A stretch of DNA of 64,000 bases from the human T2T-CHM13v2.0 reference genome, Homo sapiens: NCBI RefSeq assembly GCF_009914755.1, contig NC_060931.1; one strand, given 5' to 3'. Made by a program: the position numbers and the translations under genes. Each line of letters starts with the position of its first letter. Positions within the stretch are counted from its first letter, which is position 1. Under the pieces are notes generated by a model. The model did no database searches and was not told the DNA's origin. It saw only the letters and a list, made by a program, of their open reading frames with translations. Positions 23,274 to 46,420 of this stretch are shown piece after piece.

Positions 23274-26053
23274 CTATGACGTGAAAACAGTTCCTACATT
23301 AACTCCCTGTCAAAGTACTTTTAAGCAGATAGCTATAAGCCTTAGAGCATTCTTCATTCTGTTATTGAATTTCTTCCATCTGGTCCTGAAATATATATAC
23401 ATTGCTGACAAATTCATGTGCTATAAGCTTTGAAAAACCAAAAACTTTAGTGGGTTCTAAAATCAGAGCTATTTCCAAGAGTCAGTCACATCAAAAGACT
23501 GGATTTTTCCCGATTTGGAGAGAAAACAGTGTCTCTAGATTTTTAAAGTGGCATCTTATGAGCTTAGTCCCATTTCAACCTCTTTTCCAACCCATGAACG
23601 AGTATTCCACTATAAATAACAATTCCATTGTATGTTATTACCCTCTGTCCTTTAGACAAGCTAAGAACTCTTTTCTGACTTGGTGGTTTATTTTTATCCC
23701 AAATGAATTTATGTTGTATATGCTTTATATTTCCAGTTTTACTAAAATGAGGTAAACCCAGTAGTGCTAGCTTCCCTACTATCCAGACAATGACAAACAC
23801 CAATCCGTTCACTGGCAACGCACTTTACCTCTAATATTCTTTGAACATTTAAACATCTAAATTGTGGAGTTGTAAAGACCAAAGGACTTTGTACAACATG
23901 CATACCTGGGCTTGGAGACTTGATGTTTACCACAGTCAAGTTTCATATCTAAGTTGATGAACCAAGTCTAAAACCTAATAGAGAAGCCAACTTATTAGAA
24001 GCATCTTACCTAAGCCACTCACAACATGTTAAATTTGCCACACATGGGTAGAGGACAAAACTTAGAATCAAGACTCTCATGAAGATTATAGAATGCAGCC
24101 CCAATACACACTTGTGCATAGCTTTTTAGTAGGTAAATGTTTCAGCCTGAGAGTCTCAGGTTTCCTTTTGACCTCAGAATAGCACATAATACGTGTAAAT
24201 CATGGTAGGAATTATACACCTGAGTTTATTTATCAGTGACAGCAATAGCAAAGGAAACCATGGAGCAGGAAATCAAATAAAATTATAGAGCTGACACATC
24301 AAAACCCTGTGGGAAGCTGGAACCTAAGGGAATAATTTTACTGGCATGGCTTCTTGCAGAGATTATCCAGAAGTCATGCTGCAGATAAAACCCAGGCTCT
24401 TAGCAATAAGAGTATTTCTATTTTTATCCCTCATGGGCTCTATGAGGAAGGCCAAGATGAGCTGAGCTCAGCTGCCTATAATAATAGCTCACATATAAAG
24501 CTGCTTATTATTTCCAAAATTTGGTTTCAGATTGGAAATCTCCATAGAAAAAAGCAATCTGCCCTGATTTTCTAGGCCTCTTAAATTATTTCATCCAGTT
24601 GATACATAAGGCCTGTGGCTGACTGGGTACCAAACAGTTTTAAAACCAAAATGAAATATGGAAGTTTCTCTTAAACCCAATCACCTGTTCATACTCACAG
24701 CTCCCTCCAGAGACTGCTGCTCTCTTCACCTGAGGTCCATTATTACTTTAATGGATTTAATTTGCTATCAGAGACAACATACAGATCCATCTGGGGACCA
24801 ACCTCATAGGGTAGTCTGTGCTACTCTGCAAAACGATGCTTGATCAGTACCTAGATTCTTCCACTGTGAACAGGAAATAAACTCATCATTCTGCGATTTG
24901 GCCCTTCCTGCTTCAGGAGGTGGGGCCGGAGTATAAGCCATAATAACAAGTAACACACAAAAAGAACTCAGTAGGCTAAGGCGCTTCATAATAACCAATG
25001 AGGTAAGCATGCATCTTCCTCATAGCATTCATTCGTCTTTATATTCAAGCAAAAGTTACTGAAGGCCTATTTATTTGCTGAGTTTAAGATAGCTCACTAT
25101 GGAGTCCAGGCCCCTGTACTCCTTCTGCTGAATTACTGCAGTAACCTCCTAAAAAGCAAAAGTTGTTTTTTTCTCCTTCATCCACCATTGTTCTTTCTCA
25201 TCTATCCCCACTCAACATTCAGAGTGATCTTTCTAACACAAAAATCTGATTATGTGAACCCCAAGTTAAAACCTTCCAAGGGCTTCCCAATGCTCTTAAT
25301 ATAAAATCCAAACTGTCCCATATGATCTGACCTCTCCCAAACTCTCCAGCCTACTTTTATGCCACTTTCCCCTTTACTCTCTATAGTTTGGCCATATTTG
25401 ACTCCTCTCACTTCCTCACCCCTGTGTTCTCACAGTACAATGTACATACGTTTATAACATTGATCCCACTGTACTGTATTCTCTGGTTTGCCTTTCCTCA
25501 CTAGAATGTAAGCTCCTCAGAAGGCAGTGAGACCATGCTTTATATTACCCTTGCACTCCTAGTTTCCGGCAGTGTTGACTCAAACATTTGTTGAGTAACT
25601 GAGCAAATAAAGAAAAATAGAAAAGACAGGAGAAGGAAGAGGTAGGCTAGGGGAAGATAATTTTGTTTTTAAACATTAAGTTTTAGGTGGCACTGGTTTA
25701 GTGGAATAGAAATGCACAAGAACAATAGAGATCAGGTCTGCATGTATTGACTTGGAAGTTATGTACATAGAAATAATGACTGAAGTTGTGAGAATAGTTT
25801 TAAAACAATCTAAATTTTAGAAAGGCATATGATTCCATGAATAAATGAATAAAAATATGACAAAATAGCTTTAGCTTATAATTCAAACATGCTTACATAT
25901 GCCAATAATTTTGGTTATGCTATGATTCAGAGCACAGTTAAACAAACTTGTATTATTGTTTTAGATTATTGGGACCAAAAATAGGTAACTCTCTTGGCTC
26001 CTTATCAAATTCAAGCATTAGATCACAAGTTGATTCTCACTATATTTGATACC

Positions 26054-27816
<1,763 letters not shown>

Positions 27817-28197
27817 TACTTAGATTTTCATCAAATTTTTGCCACTTAACTATGAGTTTGCCCATTAAGTGGCATGCAGTTATATCTGGGAGTGTATAGG
27901 TATTATTTTTATTCCTGTTATGTTTTTTGTTAATATTCTATGAATTTTAACAGACAACTTTCTTAATTTTCACGACATATAAAATGAATACCTAAAACTG
28001 AAATTTGATCTTATGAAGACCACCCTCCCCTACTCCCCAATTCTTCCTTTTTCTAGTTGGCATCTCATGGATTTAGCTTGTAGCATTCATCCCTATACAC
28101 GGTCTAATTGCAATGTCCTCCTTGATGCCATTCTGGTAAAATTTAAAGGAAAACTTCACCAGCATTAATTTTTTTATTCATTAAAACAACAAACCTT

Positions 28198-28497
28198 GGC
28201 CAGGCGCAGTGGCTCATGCCTATAATCCCAGCACTTTGGGAGGCTGAGGTGGGCTGATCACCTGAGGTCAGGAATTTGAGAGTAGCCTGGCCAACATGGT
28301 AAAACCCTGTCTCTATTAAAAATACAAAAAAAATTAGCCAGGCATGGTGGTGCATGCCTGTAGTCCCAGCTACTCAGGAGGGTGAGGCAACAGAATCGTT
28401 TGAACCCGGGAGGTGGAGGTTGCAGTGAGCCAAGGTCACGCCACTGCACTCCAGTATGGGCAATAGAGTAAGACTCTGTCTCAAACAACAAAAAAAC
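28198..28497 (+). mobile_element. AluS
   Basis: Full dimer. Confidence 0.92.
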
Positions 28498-28989
28498 CAA
28501 CCAATGACAAACCTTAAAAAAATAGTATCAGCCACCACTGTAGCCAGATATAATGAAAAATGTACAAAAACGATTCACATTTGTGCTACTGAGAATTTGT
28601 TGTTCTGAAAGAGCAAGTTTAAAATGTACATACCAAACAAAATTCTGATTTACTCCAGTCACACGAAGTTAGTTTTAAATTTTGCACTATAATATATGTA
28701 TTCAGTTTAAGTTCGAGAATTAGAAAACAGCTCTTCTAGAAAATTTAAAAATCAATTTTACCCAATGACAGGACTAATGAGTGTTCCTAAATGATTTAAT
28801 GAGGTCTTTTTAAACAAAATGTCTGCATCATATTAATGATAAGCAACTAGAAGAAAAAAAGATGTCAAACATGAGGACATAATAATGGAAAAATATAAAA
28901 AAGCTAAAATTTCCGTTAAGTGTACCACATTTCTACTTATGTATGGAGAATGGCTATTCATCTGACAGAGCAAAATGCAGCCTCCTTAC

Positions 28990-29124
28990 CAGTCACTGTT
29001 ACAACATCATCTTTACGAGCTTCAGCCATTTCCTGAACATGGACTTCTGAGTTCACATCAACCTCTTTCCCTGATAACTGTAAATGAGCTTGAAGTGAAG
29101 ATGGGACCTTGACAATAATAGAAC
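28990..29124 (-). pseudogene. FAM185BP: FAM185A-like penultimate exon (135 nt; G-SIIVKVPSSLQAHLQLSGKEVDVNSEVHVQEMAEARKDDVVTVT-G)
   Basis: ttacag|GT ... ACTG|gtaagg; phase 1-1; open; last FAM185 exon found in the window. Confidence 0.87.
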
Positions 29125-29616
29125 CTGTAATAAATATAATGGAGAGCTTAGTAATATAAAGAAATCAAAAGTACCAGAGTCTATTATAAATTTGACTGAC
29201 AGGGTAGCATTGCTCCTGAGACACTGTTTTTACTCCTCAGCATACAGTATTTATTTAAACCTTTTCCTTATTCCCAGGCGCCCAAAGTTTCCTTACTCTC
29301 GGCATTCACAGTAACTTCTGTCAAGAATATGGGTTATTAGCACATTATTAACTACTAGATCTGCTTTTGCCAATAGTCCTACACAGCTCATCCAACACCA
29401 GAAAGTGAGTAATTTACTACACATGTAGCTTATAGATAGGATTTGCCATTGAGCATTTAATATGAGCCAGACCCCTAATTACATTATGTTTTAATCCCCA
29501 TATTAACTTTATGAGGTATTATTATCGCCCCGATTTTATAGATAAGAACTTGCTCAAGTTCCCACTAGTGCTCGTGCTGGAACCTAGACTCAGCTCAATA
29601 ATTACAAAGCCCATGC

Positions 29617-35785
<6,169 letters not shown>

Positions 35786-36449
35786 AAAGCCCATGCTTTT
35801 AACCACCATGGTATTTCACACACTCCTACCTCATCGTAGTACAGGACTTGTGACCTCATTATTATAACACAACTAGAACACTGAGCTCTTGTGCTTTCAG
35901 ATGTGCCTTGTGTGTAACAAAAAATAACAATAGAAAAGGATTATTTGAATTCCAACTCACTAATGTTTCTTTTGAGTAGATTACAGGCTTTTGGATACCT
36001 AAGGTAAGACACTCAACCTGTATTTCCATACAACCTGGCTGTAATTCAAGCTTCTAAAGGAGTAAATCAGGAAAAGTACTCTGTTAGGTATGGAATCATT
36101 TTTCGAATTATGTGGGTTGCAGCGTAAATTCACCAACACACTCCTATTTCAGAAGTTTTTCTTCCTGTTTTTCATTAAATAAAGTAGGTAAAAGGCCCCT
36201 GCCATAAAGCATTAACCCCACCTCTGTGGACAGAGATAGTTAGGATGGGGTTTAGAATGCATTTACTTATGGGTCGTGGTTTTCCTTCCAATCTGGCTAA
36301 CATCAGCTTAAGCTTCCTTAAGTAATTTCTTGGTCTTCCTAACTGGAGCTAGAAGTTTGAGATAAGCATGATGAACTGTTCTATTCTAAAAAAAATTAGG
36401 GAACAATGCATATTACTACAACTAGTTTATTTGATTAAGAAATAAATTG

Positions 36450-36765
36450 CAGCCAGGCACAGTGGCTTGTGGCTGTAATCCCAGCACTTTGGGAGGCCAA
36501 GGTAGGTGGATTGCTTGAGCTCAAGGGTTCGAGACCAGCCTGGACAACATGGTGAAACCCTGTTTCTACCTCCCCCAGCTCAAAAAAAAAAAAAAAAAAA
36601 AAAAAGCTGGGTGTGGTGGTGCACAACTGTAGTCTCATCTACCTGGAAGGCTGACCTCCCAAGCTTAGGCGATCCTGATGAGGCTGCACTGAGCCATGAC
36701 CTTGCTGCTGCACTCCAGCCTGGGTGACAGAGTGATACCCTGTCTCAAAAACAAAAACAAAAAAC
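36450..36765 (+). mobile_element. AluJ with an expanded central A tract
   Basis: Two arms separated by an A run at 36582-36605. Confidence 0.88.
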
Positions 36766-39103
36766 CAAATTTCTTTCCAGGGTTCAAATGTAAACTACAG
36801 ACAGGAGATTCCCATAACAACATATGAGGGCTTTAGGAAAAAACAAAACAAAAACAACCCTGGAAGATTTCAGGATAAATAGAGGACACGTTTTTCTACC
36901 AAACATACTTTCAAAAGTAGAAAATCATGGATTTAAAAAACTTTTTTGTAGGGCTTGATATGTCTAAATGTATCAAGTTTCAAGTGTGCTAACTTTATGA
37001 ACACTTGTCTCTGTTCTTAAATGCATAACATGATCTTAAATTTTTCAGATCTTTAGAAATGTTAAGCAATGCAAAGATTTCTACCCCATCTCCCTCCACA
37101 TCTTTAAAAGCCAAAAACCACCTACCAAAACTCCATTACTGTTTGTGAATGAAGAATTTTCATGACTTGAAAACCTTCCTAATGTCCCATCTTTAACACT
37201 TTTTTAGAAAGGAGGGCTCTTGTTGTGTTCTTTAACCTCTTTTCACATCATTAACTTCTTCATGGTTGACATCAGTACTATCCTCTTAAAAATTCAAATG
37301 TGAACTAACAGCATCATTTATTGAAGGCATATTATGTTAAAATTAGTGATTTTCCCAAGGACAAAATGTTAAGTGGAAAAGTCAGTACTCAGATTCAGGT
37401 GTGACTCCCAGGCCCAAGCATAGCCTGGAATGAATTAAGAAGGTCACCATATTAATTTTCATAAGGTGAAAGAAAACAAGCATTATATATTTTTCCACAT
37501 CAGAAAATGTTGAAGACCTAAGAGACTCCAGTGGCTGGCTCTGAACCCTACAGCAAGACAGTGGCAGAGTTGGAATGGATTCTGGATGTCTTTGCTAACC
37601 ATTAAGAAAGAGTTACTGAATAACTTTCCATTACTCTTAAAAAGTTACTGTTCCCAAGTGTATTGAGAATTCGGAGATCTGAAGTAAGACAGAAATCTTT
37701 GTTTTCAGTTGTCTTTAAGCTTTTGCCAGTAACATGGTCCCAGTAGAAGAAAACATAAAACTGTAATCCTAATCAAATTTTGCAACATCAAATACTATTT
37801 CAATAGTTTCAAATACTATTCCAATATTGTTCCAGCAATATTCCAAATAATACTAAGAAATATTTTAAATGAATAAAGACTAACAATCTTCAAAAGTTTT
37901 ACAGTTTTCTGTTTGTTTTATTTTGCCTACTGTGCAAAACATTAAATTATTTGTATGTAACAGCTGCTTATTCAAAACTTTGTTCTTACTCTGTTACTAG
38001 TTATATTAACAATATATCCCTCTTCTCTTTGGATCTTTGTAATAATGGAGTACAGTTATATGACTTACATGCCATTTATAATTTTCCCTGAAGCGTATTA
38101 CCTGAAGCTCTTAGATTTAGTGAGGACGTAAGTTTATCCTATTTTAAAGGGAGAAAATATGATATTGAGAAGTCACACCAGTGCATCAGCAATAACTGAG
38201 GTTTCAGACCTCTGTGTTTTGCAGTTTTGACACTGACAAATTCTAGAGATGGATTAAAAAAAACTATTACATCAATATGGTAAAGCAACTACTAATAGCA
38301 GGAACAATCAGTCTCTGTGAGGAAATATTTTCCTTGTTAAACATCTGGCCAACATGCAAGAGCTGCTAGACTATTTAAAAAATTTTTTTATACAGAGCTA
38401 CCGTTCTTAACTTTCTGCAGCCAAGCCACTTCAGCCCCTATGGCCAACCTACTTCACCCAAGCCACTTGTCAACACATATGTGTACATCCATGTGTGCAG
38501 AAGAACAGACAAATTCATATTTATCTTTCAGATGAAAAGTATACCATTTTAAATGAAAGAGTTGGACTCAGAATAAGTTGTGTCAGAAGTTAAATGATAG
38601 AGACATATCATAAGTCTTGATACTTCAAGAGACTAAGTAATCACTTTAGAGGACCTTTCTGTGTGATACCTTTATTTAAGGATCACACTTTGAAAACTGT
38701 TACTCTACACTGATTGCCTGAGAAGTTCCTTTTACAGGCTGGCAGAGAAGCTTCCAAAAGAGTGTATGGCAGCGTTTTTCCTTCAAAGATTATTCTATTT
38801 CAGAATAGAATAAACTGAAAAATCCACAGAGTAACATTTAAAAATTCCATAATAACAGTCAAAATATTACATTTTTGTTTGTACTACAAAGGGAAAGATA
38901 GTCTGCATGGCCATCTATCTCAAAAGTTGTAAAGATCACTGGTCTAGAAAGCTAGCAGACCAGTGCCTTTAAATTAGGTTCTATCAGAAGATATTTTCTT
39001 GAAATCACTATGTCAGTATAGATAATTTGACCATCTGTTTCCTGAGTGTTACATAAACCTTCCTTACATCATATGTCAAAATAAAACATTCCAGTTCACT
39101 AAC

Positions 39104-39199
39104 CTTTATGGGATTTCAATTCCACTTTCCCCAGTTGGCTGACATAAACATCTATGGCACCCTGATTAGTTGAGGCTTTTAGACATCCAGAAGACGAAT
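39104..39199 (-). pseudogene. FAM185BP: FAM185A-like exon (96 nt; D-SSSGCLKASTNQGAIDVYVSQLGKVELKSHK-G)
   Basis: ttcttcctag|AT ... AAAG|gttagt; phase 1-1; open. Confidence 0.87.
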
Positions 39200-40327
39200 C
39201 TAGGAAGAAGAAAAAACCATAAGTAAAATAATTCTTACTTGATAAATGGAATTACAAACTTGAAATAAAAGGCTTTGCTTTAGCATTAGGATAAGGGGCT
39301 AAGAATCTTGCAAGGTTTAGTATTTTCCTCATAACAATGCCGTTGTTTGCACTTAAATGTAAACAGTTATCAGAAACCTAGAAATCTATTAAACAACTAA
39401 TTTAAAAATCTTTATCTATATTAACCTGAATAACTTATCTCTAAACATTTACTCTAAAACTTTATGAGTAGGAAGGAGAGTCTGCAAGTAATGGTTCCTT
39501 TGACCACTAAGCATCATTGATATATTTAGTTTTTTATCATGTTGATACATTTAGTAAACTTTCAATAATTACCAAAGAATTCTACCTCATGTATAGTCAC
39601 ATACAAGCAGTAGCAAGGCTGACAAAAATCAAAACCTCTCATAATTTCTCCTTGTAGCAAATTTGCTGATACTAAGAAGTGCTCCTAATAGTAAAAGATT
39701 ACTCTACATAAAGTTGTCGCATTTCTTTTTTTCTTTTTTCTTTTTTTAGAGACAGGGTCTTGCTATGTTGTCCAGGCTGGTCTCTGACTCCTGGGATCAA
39801 GCGATACTCCTGGGATTACAGGCACAAACCACTGTTCCTGGCTTGCTGCATTTCTTTAAGGGGCAGAAGGGCAGGGTGGAATAATTTGAAGAATAGCTTG
39901 TTTATATCTAATAGTTCTTTTCAAGTTTCTGGAATTGAACAGGTATCTTTAAGTGAGGATAAGAAAATAATAATTAAGGTAACCCTGATTTGTCATTCAA
40001 ATTTCCCTATGTGGTCGATGACCCCACTTTTGAATCAACCAGTATCTCAAGTTCAAGGGAAAACAGTCAAAATAAGGAAGTAAGGAAATGAACTTGAAGA
40101 GTTAGTGCTAAGTGGTTTTTCCTTCTTCTCTTTCTCCCATGGCAATTGAATCTTTAATTTAATATTCTATCTGACTGCCTGGAGAAAGCCAAAGCATATT
40201 CTTTTTAGAGAGGCCTCTTAAAAAGCATATTTTATCAGGAGGTTTTATTACTTCAAAGTGGAAACTAAGTAGGGAGTGTGGTGAAAACTATGCCAAAAAT
40301 TATACTGTTTACAAAACAGAGAAAACA

Positions 40328-40330
<3 letters not shown>

Positions 40331-40366
<36 letters not shown>
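40331..40366. repeat. (GT)18 microsatellite
   Basis: Read directly. Confidence 0.97.
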
Positions 40367-40373
<7 letters not shown>

Positions 40374-41154
40374 GGAGCCAACATTTTTCTTTTAAAAAAA
40401 TGTTAACTGACTTCAAACAAAGACAGTAAATTTGGAATAAACTTTAAAATCTGGCTCCAAGATCATTTATAATAATTTATTTCCAATCTATACTGGAAAA
40501 TGCCCTTTATCAGACTCAATTTATTTAGTTTTCAAGTGTCAAAAGTTAACACTGACATTGGGAAATGAAAACACTAGAGATAAATGACACAGAATAACTG
40601 GACAAAATGAACATTTCACTGCTTACGTACCAACAGAAACTCCTTTTTAAACCTCTTACCGCATCCTAAAAGAAGCCAAGTAAAAATTACATTATGCTAA
40701 AAAAAAGAAAAGCGTAATACACTAGGTGTGTATTATTCCAGTTTGAACAAAGTAAAATAGCTGAAACATTAGTGTGATTTCTCGCTTTCTCAAGGAGGGA
40801 AAAAAAACACACAGAATTTTTATGTGGCTCATAAATAATACTTTCATTTATTTTTCCCTCCAAATGAGAAATAAATGACAGCTAAATAATTATATCCTAG
40901 GCCACAAAGTAATTATATCCTCGTGTTATCTGTATTGATCTCTTAATGATGGCTCATCCCTTGGAGGCTGTTAAAAAATAAAAAAATGAAAACGCAAGAT
41001 GTTTTCAAGAAAGAAGGCAAAGGTGATATTTTAAAACTATGTAGCAAAACAAGCCCTCCTATTTTTTTTGTTTAACAAAAATTATCAGAACTAAAATTAA
41101 TTATCAAGAGTAAAATTAAGGCTTCATCCACAGAATTTCATTCTTTTGGAGTTT

Positions 41155-43020
41155 ACATAATGGAGAAATTCTATGGATCTGGGAGAAAGTCCTGTAGATC
41201 TAATGTATAGCACAGTGACTGTAATTAACAATACTGTATTGTAAACTTGGTATTTGCTAAGAGAGTAAATCTTAAACATTTTCATCATACACATAAAATG
41301 GTAATGAGGTGAAGTGACAGATATGTTAACTAAACGGACTGTGGAAATCATTTCACAGTATATATGTATATCAAATCATTATATTGCATGTATACCTTAA
41401 ATATATACGGTTTTGTCAATTATGTCTCAATAAAGTCAGCAAAAGCAAAAAAAAAAAAAAAAACACCACAAAAGAAACCAAAATAAATCTACATTGTAAC
41501 GTGATTAGCTCAGTGCTTGGCACATGGGCACTGAGTAAATGATAGATATTTTAAAGAAAGGGCCAGGTGTGGTGGCTTATGCCTGTAATTCCAGCACTTT
41601 AGGAGGCTGAGGCAGGAGAACTGCTTGAAGCCAGGCATTTGAGACCAGTATGGGTAACAAAGTGAGACCTTGTCTCTATTTTTTAAAATAATAAACAAGT
41701 AAATAATGTTAAAAGAAAAATCAGTCAGTATAGTTGGTCATATTAATAAAAGAAAAATGATCATTTCAATAAATTCAGGAAATGTGTTTGACAAAATTCA
41801 ACACTCATTCACAATCAAAGAAAGTAAAAAAAGAGAAACTTTTAAGCAAACAACGAATAAAAGATTACTCTCCCAATCTGATAAAAGGCATCTGTTAAAA
41901 ATCTATAGCTAACATCACACTTAATGCATTCCCCCTAATATTGGGGACAAGGATAGGGATCAAGTGCAAGGAATCACACTCTCATCACTACATTCAACAT
42001 TATACTGAAGTTCATAGCTAGTCTGATAAGGCAAGAAAAAGAAAAGTAATAAAGATAGGAGGGAAAGAGGTAAAACTCTATTTGCAGTTGAAAATGTCTG
42101 CTCAGCTAGAAAAGGAATCTAGATTTGAGAAAACCGCTATTAGAATAAATTTAGCAAGGTCACAAGATACAAGGTCCATTTATAAAAATCATTTGTATTT
42201 ACATATATCAGCAGTAGACAATTAGAAGCAAAGTCTTAAAAACTGTCTCATTTATAACAGTGTTAAAAACACAAATGAATTTAACAAAAAAATGTGCCAG
42301 ACCTCTACATTGAAACTTACAAAGCAATGCTGAGAAAAATTAAAGAAGACCTAAATAAATGGAGAGAGCTACCTACCATGTTCATTAATTGGAAGATACA
42401 ATGTGATTCAGTGCAATCCCAAACATAATCAAAACTGTATTTTTTGGTAGAAACTGACTGGAAAATCAAAGGACCTATTATATCCAAAGTAATCCTTAAA
42501 AGGAACAAATTTGGAAGACTTCAGCTACCTGATTTACAGACTTACCAAAGTTACAGTAATCATGATATTGTGGCACTGGCATAAGGCTCACCAAATAAAT
42601 CAATGAATTAGGAACAAGAGATCAGACATTGAGCCACACTTATATAGTCATTTGATTTTAGACAAGGATGCTAAAGTAATCCATCAGAGAAAGGAAGTTT
42701 TTTCAACAAATGATGATATAAAAAAATTTTAAAACTGACAATAATAAATGTTGATGAGGATGTGGAGCAACTCAAATTCTCATACATTGTTGATGAGAGT
42801 ATAAAGTGGAACTCTGGGAAAAGGTCTGGTAGTTTATCATAAAGTTAAACATAGAACCTACCTAGTCAACTCAGCAATGCCATACCTAAGTATTTACCCA
42901 AGAGGAAAAATATATATACATCCATAAAATGACTTACATTAATATATTCATAGCAGCTTTATTTACAGTTGCCAAAAAATTAGAAATAGCCCAGGTGTCC
43001 ATCAACAGTAGAATGAACAA
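41155..43020 (+). mobile_element. Old L1M fragments (L1MA-type 3' end with poly(A) at ~41445-41463; degenerate ORF2 at 41700-43020), with an Alu monomer at ~41560-41690
   Basis: Degenerate ORF2 peptides (MIISINSGNVFDKIQHSF) and L1MA 3' UTR motifs. Confidence 0.7.
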
Positions 43021-44005
43021 ATTAAGCCTTCTAATAGCCTGCTTTCACTTCTGAACCCTTCTGGTACATTATGAAATAACAGCTAGATTGTTCTTTTAAA
43101 ATATAAATTATATATCACTTCCCTAACATCCTGTTGTAGTTGGAATAAAGTCTGAACTCTTACCCTGTCTACAAGGTCCTAAGATCTAGCCTTACTTACC
43201 TCATATCCTACCACTTTCCTCATAAGCCAGCCTTCTTTCCCTTGAAAATGGTAAACTTCCATTTTCAAGGCCTGCACTTGCTGTTCCTCTATCTAGGGAG
43301 CCTGTATCCAGAATTTTATATAACTCTTTCTCATTTTTCTGGCTTTGGTTTAAATGTATCCTCTCCAGACCACCCCCAATTGCCTAACTGAAGTAGCTTT
43401 CTTTTTCCCCAATCTCTATTCAGTTACCCTTTCTTATTTCTTCACTGTACTTACCACAAACTAAAATTACCTTTTGTTATTTATATGCTTGTTGTCTTTC
43501 TTCCCAGGGCTCAGAGAAGGTGAAGTCTCTGAGCACAGAAACTATGTCCTGTTGACCAATATGTTCCCTAGTACCTAAAAGAATTCTTAATACATGGCAG
43601 GTACTCAATAAATACATGTTGACTAACTAGTTATTGGTATTCACAAGGTTGTCTTCAAATGTTAACACATTTGGAGCCCAATAAACAGTGACATTATTTA
43701 TATCTTTCTTTCAAGGACTTAATTTAGATATTTGAAGAATTCAAGAAATTTGTAAGATCTTTTTTTCTTTCTTTTTTTTTTCTTCAGAGAAGTTTAGCAA
43801 GAAATATAAGACATTTCTTAATACCAGCTCAGGCAATTTTCTTCGAGTGGACATAATTAGTACATTGGTTCTGCCTATATTTGACTTGTGATCCTGTCAA
43901 GTTCATCAGTTAAACTGTAGAATTCATTTATTCTAATAAAGTCATCACAAATATACCCATTTTTAAAAGTGGACAAAATACACGAACTAGTAGCTTAGCA
44001 CGTAC

Positions 44006-44047
44006 CTACTGTGATGTTACCCATCTTGCTTTGTAATGTTATATTAC
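44006..44047 (-). pseudogene. FAM185BP: FAM185A-like exon (42 nt; G-NITLQSKMGNITV-D)
   Basis: ttttggcag|GT ... GTAG|gtacgt; phase 1-1; open. Confidence 0.82.
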
Positions 44048-45087
44048 CTGCCAAAAAGAAAAAGATACTTTTATGTACTAGAGACAATCTAGAAAGGAAC
44101 TGTGATACATAGCAATGCTAAAACATGGATGAATATCTACAATGTTATTTTTGTTGGCAATTTTTCCCAATATCACAAGTCCAGTCAAAGATTGAGCTGT
44201 AGTTCTGAAATAACTGGCTTAGGTATCTCTGCAAACCTTCTTTCTCTACTACCAAACCTTAAGCTTTTATAGCATAACTACAAATCACCATAACTGCTGG
44301 CACAGAGGAAAAACAATACTTCTAAAACCTGTAAGTGAAAAAAATTACTGAAATGTAGTCACTGTACATTTTCAACCTAAATATCAATGTATTTATCAGA
44401 CCACACAAAGCGAAGTTTTCAACCAAGTAACACTAAAATATGGTATGGAAAAAAAGAATTACTTTTATTTTTCAGGCCACTTGCCATGTCTATTAAATTA
44501 AAAGTAGTTTCTGGGCCAAGAATTAAAGTGGTTTGAGATAGGAATAATGAATACATGGAGGTATGACTAGCAAAACAGAACAAAGAAGCTTCAAAGATTT
44601 CCGTCTTAGTGAAAATATGTTTTCCATGATAAGTATGGAATATTGCAACCATTCTTCCCAGCCCCTTTCCCCTAATACCAAAAGTAGTAGGATTATTCTT
44701 CATATGTGTGTTTGTATGTGTAAGTATTCCTAGAATCAGGAACTCATATTTATTCTACTGAAAATATAAGCAATAATGTTATCTCTTCTAAAATAATTCC
44801 AAAACTACACTAAAAAGTAAAGGAATAACTTTGGCCTCAGAATTAATCTTCAGTAAACTCATTTTATCTCATTTCATATACCTTATGAATACTGACTTGT
44901 ATCAGTATCTGGGAAAAACCAAAAAAAGGCACTGGATTCATTTACTCAATAGCCAGATGCGCCTAATTGCAAAAATCCATCTGAAGGTCTAATATACCAT
45001 CATATTTCCTGTGAGTATATGAACAAGGAGTATATTTGTGTATGAATAAAAACTTGGTTTGTGTACTGAAGCTTATAAGATTACTAA

Positions 45088-46117
45088 TTTTTTTTTTCAT
45101 ATTTTAGATTCAGGGGATACATGTGCAGGTTTGTTACCTGGGTATATTGTGTGATGTTGAAGTCTGGGGTACAAATGATCCCATCACCCAGGTACTAAGC
45201 ATAGTACCCAATAGTTTTTCAACCCTTGCCCCGTCCCTCCATCCCCCATCTAGTAGACTCCAGTTTCTATTGTTGCCATCTTTATGTCCATAATTATCCA
45301 ATGTTTACCCCCCACTTATAGGTAAGACCATGTGGTATTTGATTTTCTATTCCTGTGTTAATTCGCTTAGGATAATGGCTTCCAACCGCATCCATGCTGC
45401 TGCAAAGGATATAATTTCGTTCTTCTTTATGGCCGCATAGTATTCCATGGTGTATATGTACCACATTCTCTTTATCCAGTCCACCACTGATGGGCACATA
45501 GGTTGATTCCATGTCTTTGCTATTGTGAATAGAGCTGCAGTGAATATGTTGAGTGCACGTGTCTTTTTGGAAGAATGATTTATTTTCTTTTGTGTATATA
45601 TCCAGTAATGGAATTGCTGGGTTGAATGGTGGTTCTGTTTTAAGTTCTTTGAGAAATCTTCAAACTGCTTTCCACAGTGGCTGAACTAATTTACATTCCC
45701 ACCAACAGTGTATGAGTGTTCCCCTTTCTCCACAGCCTCGCCAGCGTCTGCTGTTTTTTTACTTATTTTTAATAATAGCCATTCTGACTGGTGTGAGATG
45801 ATATCTCATTGTGGTTTTGATTTGCATTTCTCTGATGACTAGTGATTTGGAGCAGTTTTTCATGTTTGTTGGTTTCTTGTACGTCTTCTCTTGAGAAATG
45901 AGCAAAATGTCCTGTCTTTTGCTCATTTTTAATAGGGTTATTAGTTTTTTGCTTATTGATTTGTTTAACTTCCTTGAAGATTCAAAGGAACAAAGGATAT
46001 TAAACCTTTGTCAGATACAGAGTTTGCAAATATTTTCTCCCATTCTGTAGGTTGTCTATTTACTCTGTTCATAATTTCTTTTGCAGTGCAGAAGCTCTTT
46101 CATTTAATTAGATCCCA
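45088..46117 (-). mobile_element. 5'-truncated older L1PA (PA13-16-like) 3' end
   Basis: poly(T) then ttagattcaggggatacatgtgcaggtttgttac; ORF2 C-terminal remnants. Confidence 0.85.
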
Positions 46118-46420
46118 ATGAGGCAAGTCTAGGAGGACAGGAATCACATCTTTCTTATTTAGCTTCATACCTGGGAACTTTGCACAGTGCATAGTACATA
46201 GTAAACACAATTATTTTGTGAACAAATAAAAAGTTTGGAAAAGTAGGTAAAGAGCAACCTGTGGTAGAACCACAGAGTGCTAAGTCTACTGACTATCCTA
46301 CACCAAAAAAGTTAGTGAAGAATTTCAAGATGGATAAAAATACAAGAAAACCATGCTTTAAGGAGATTCACCTAGTGTGAGACAGTGGGTGTTTCCATTC
46401 TCAGCATTCTCTTTACTGCT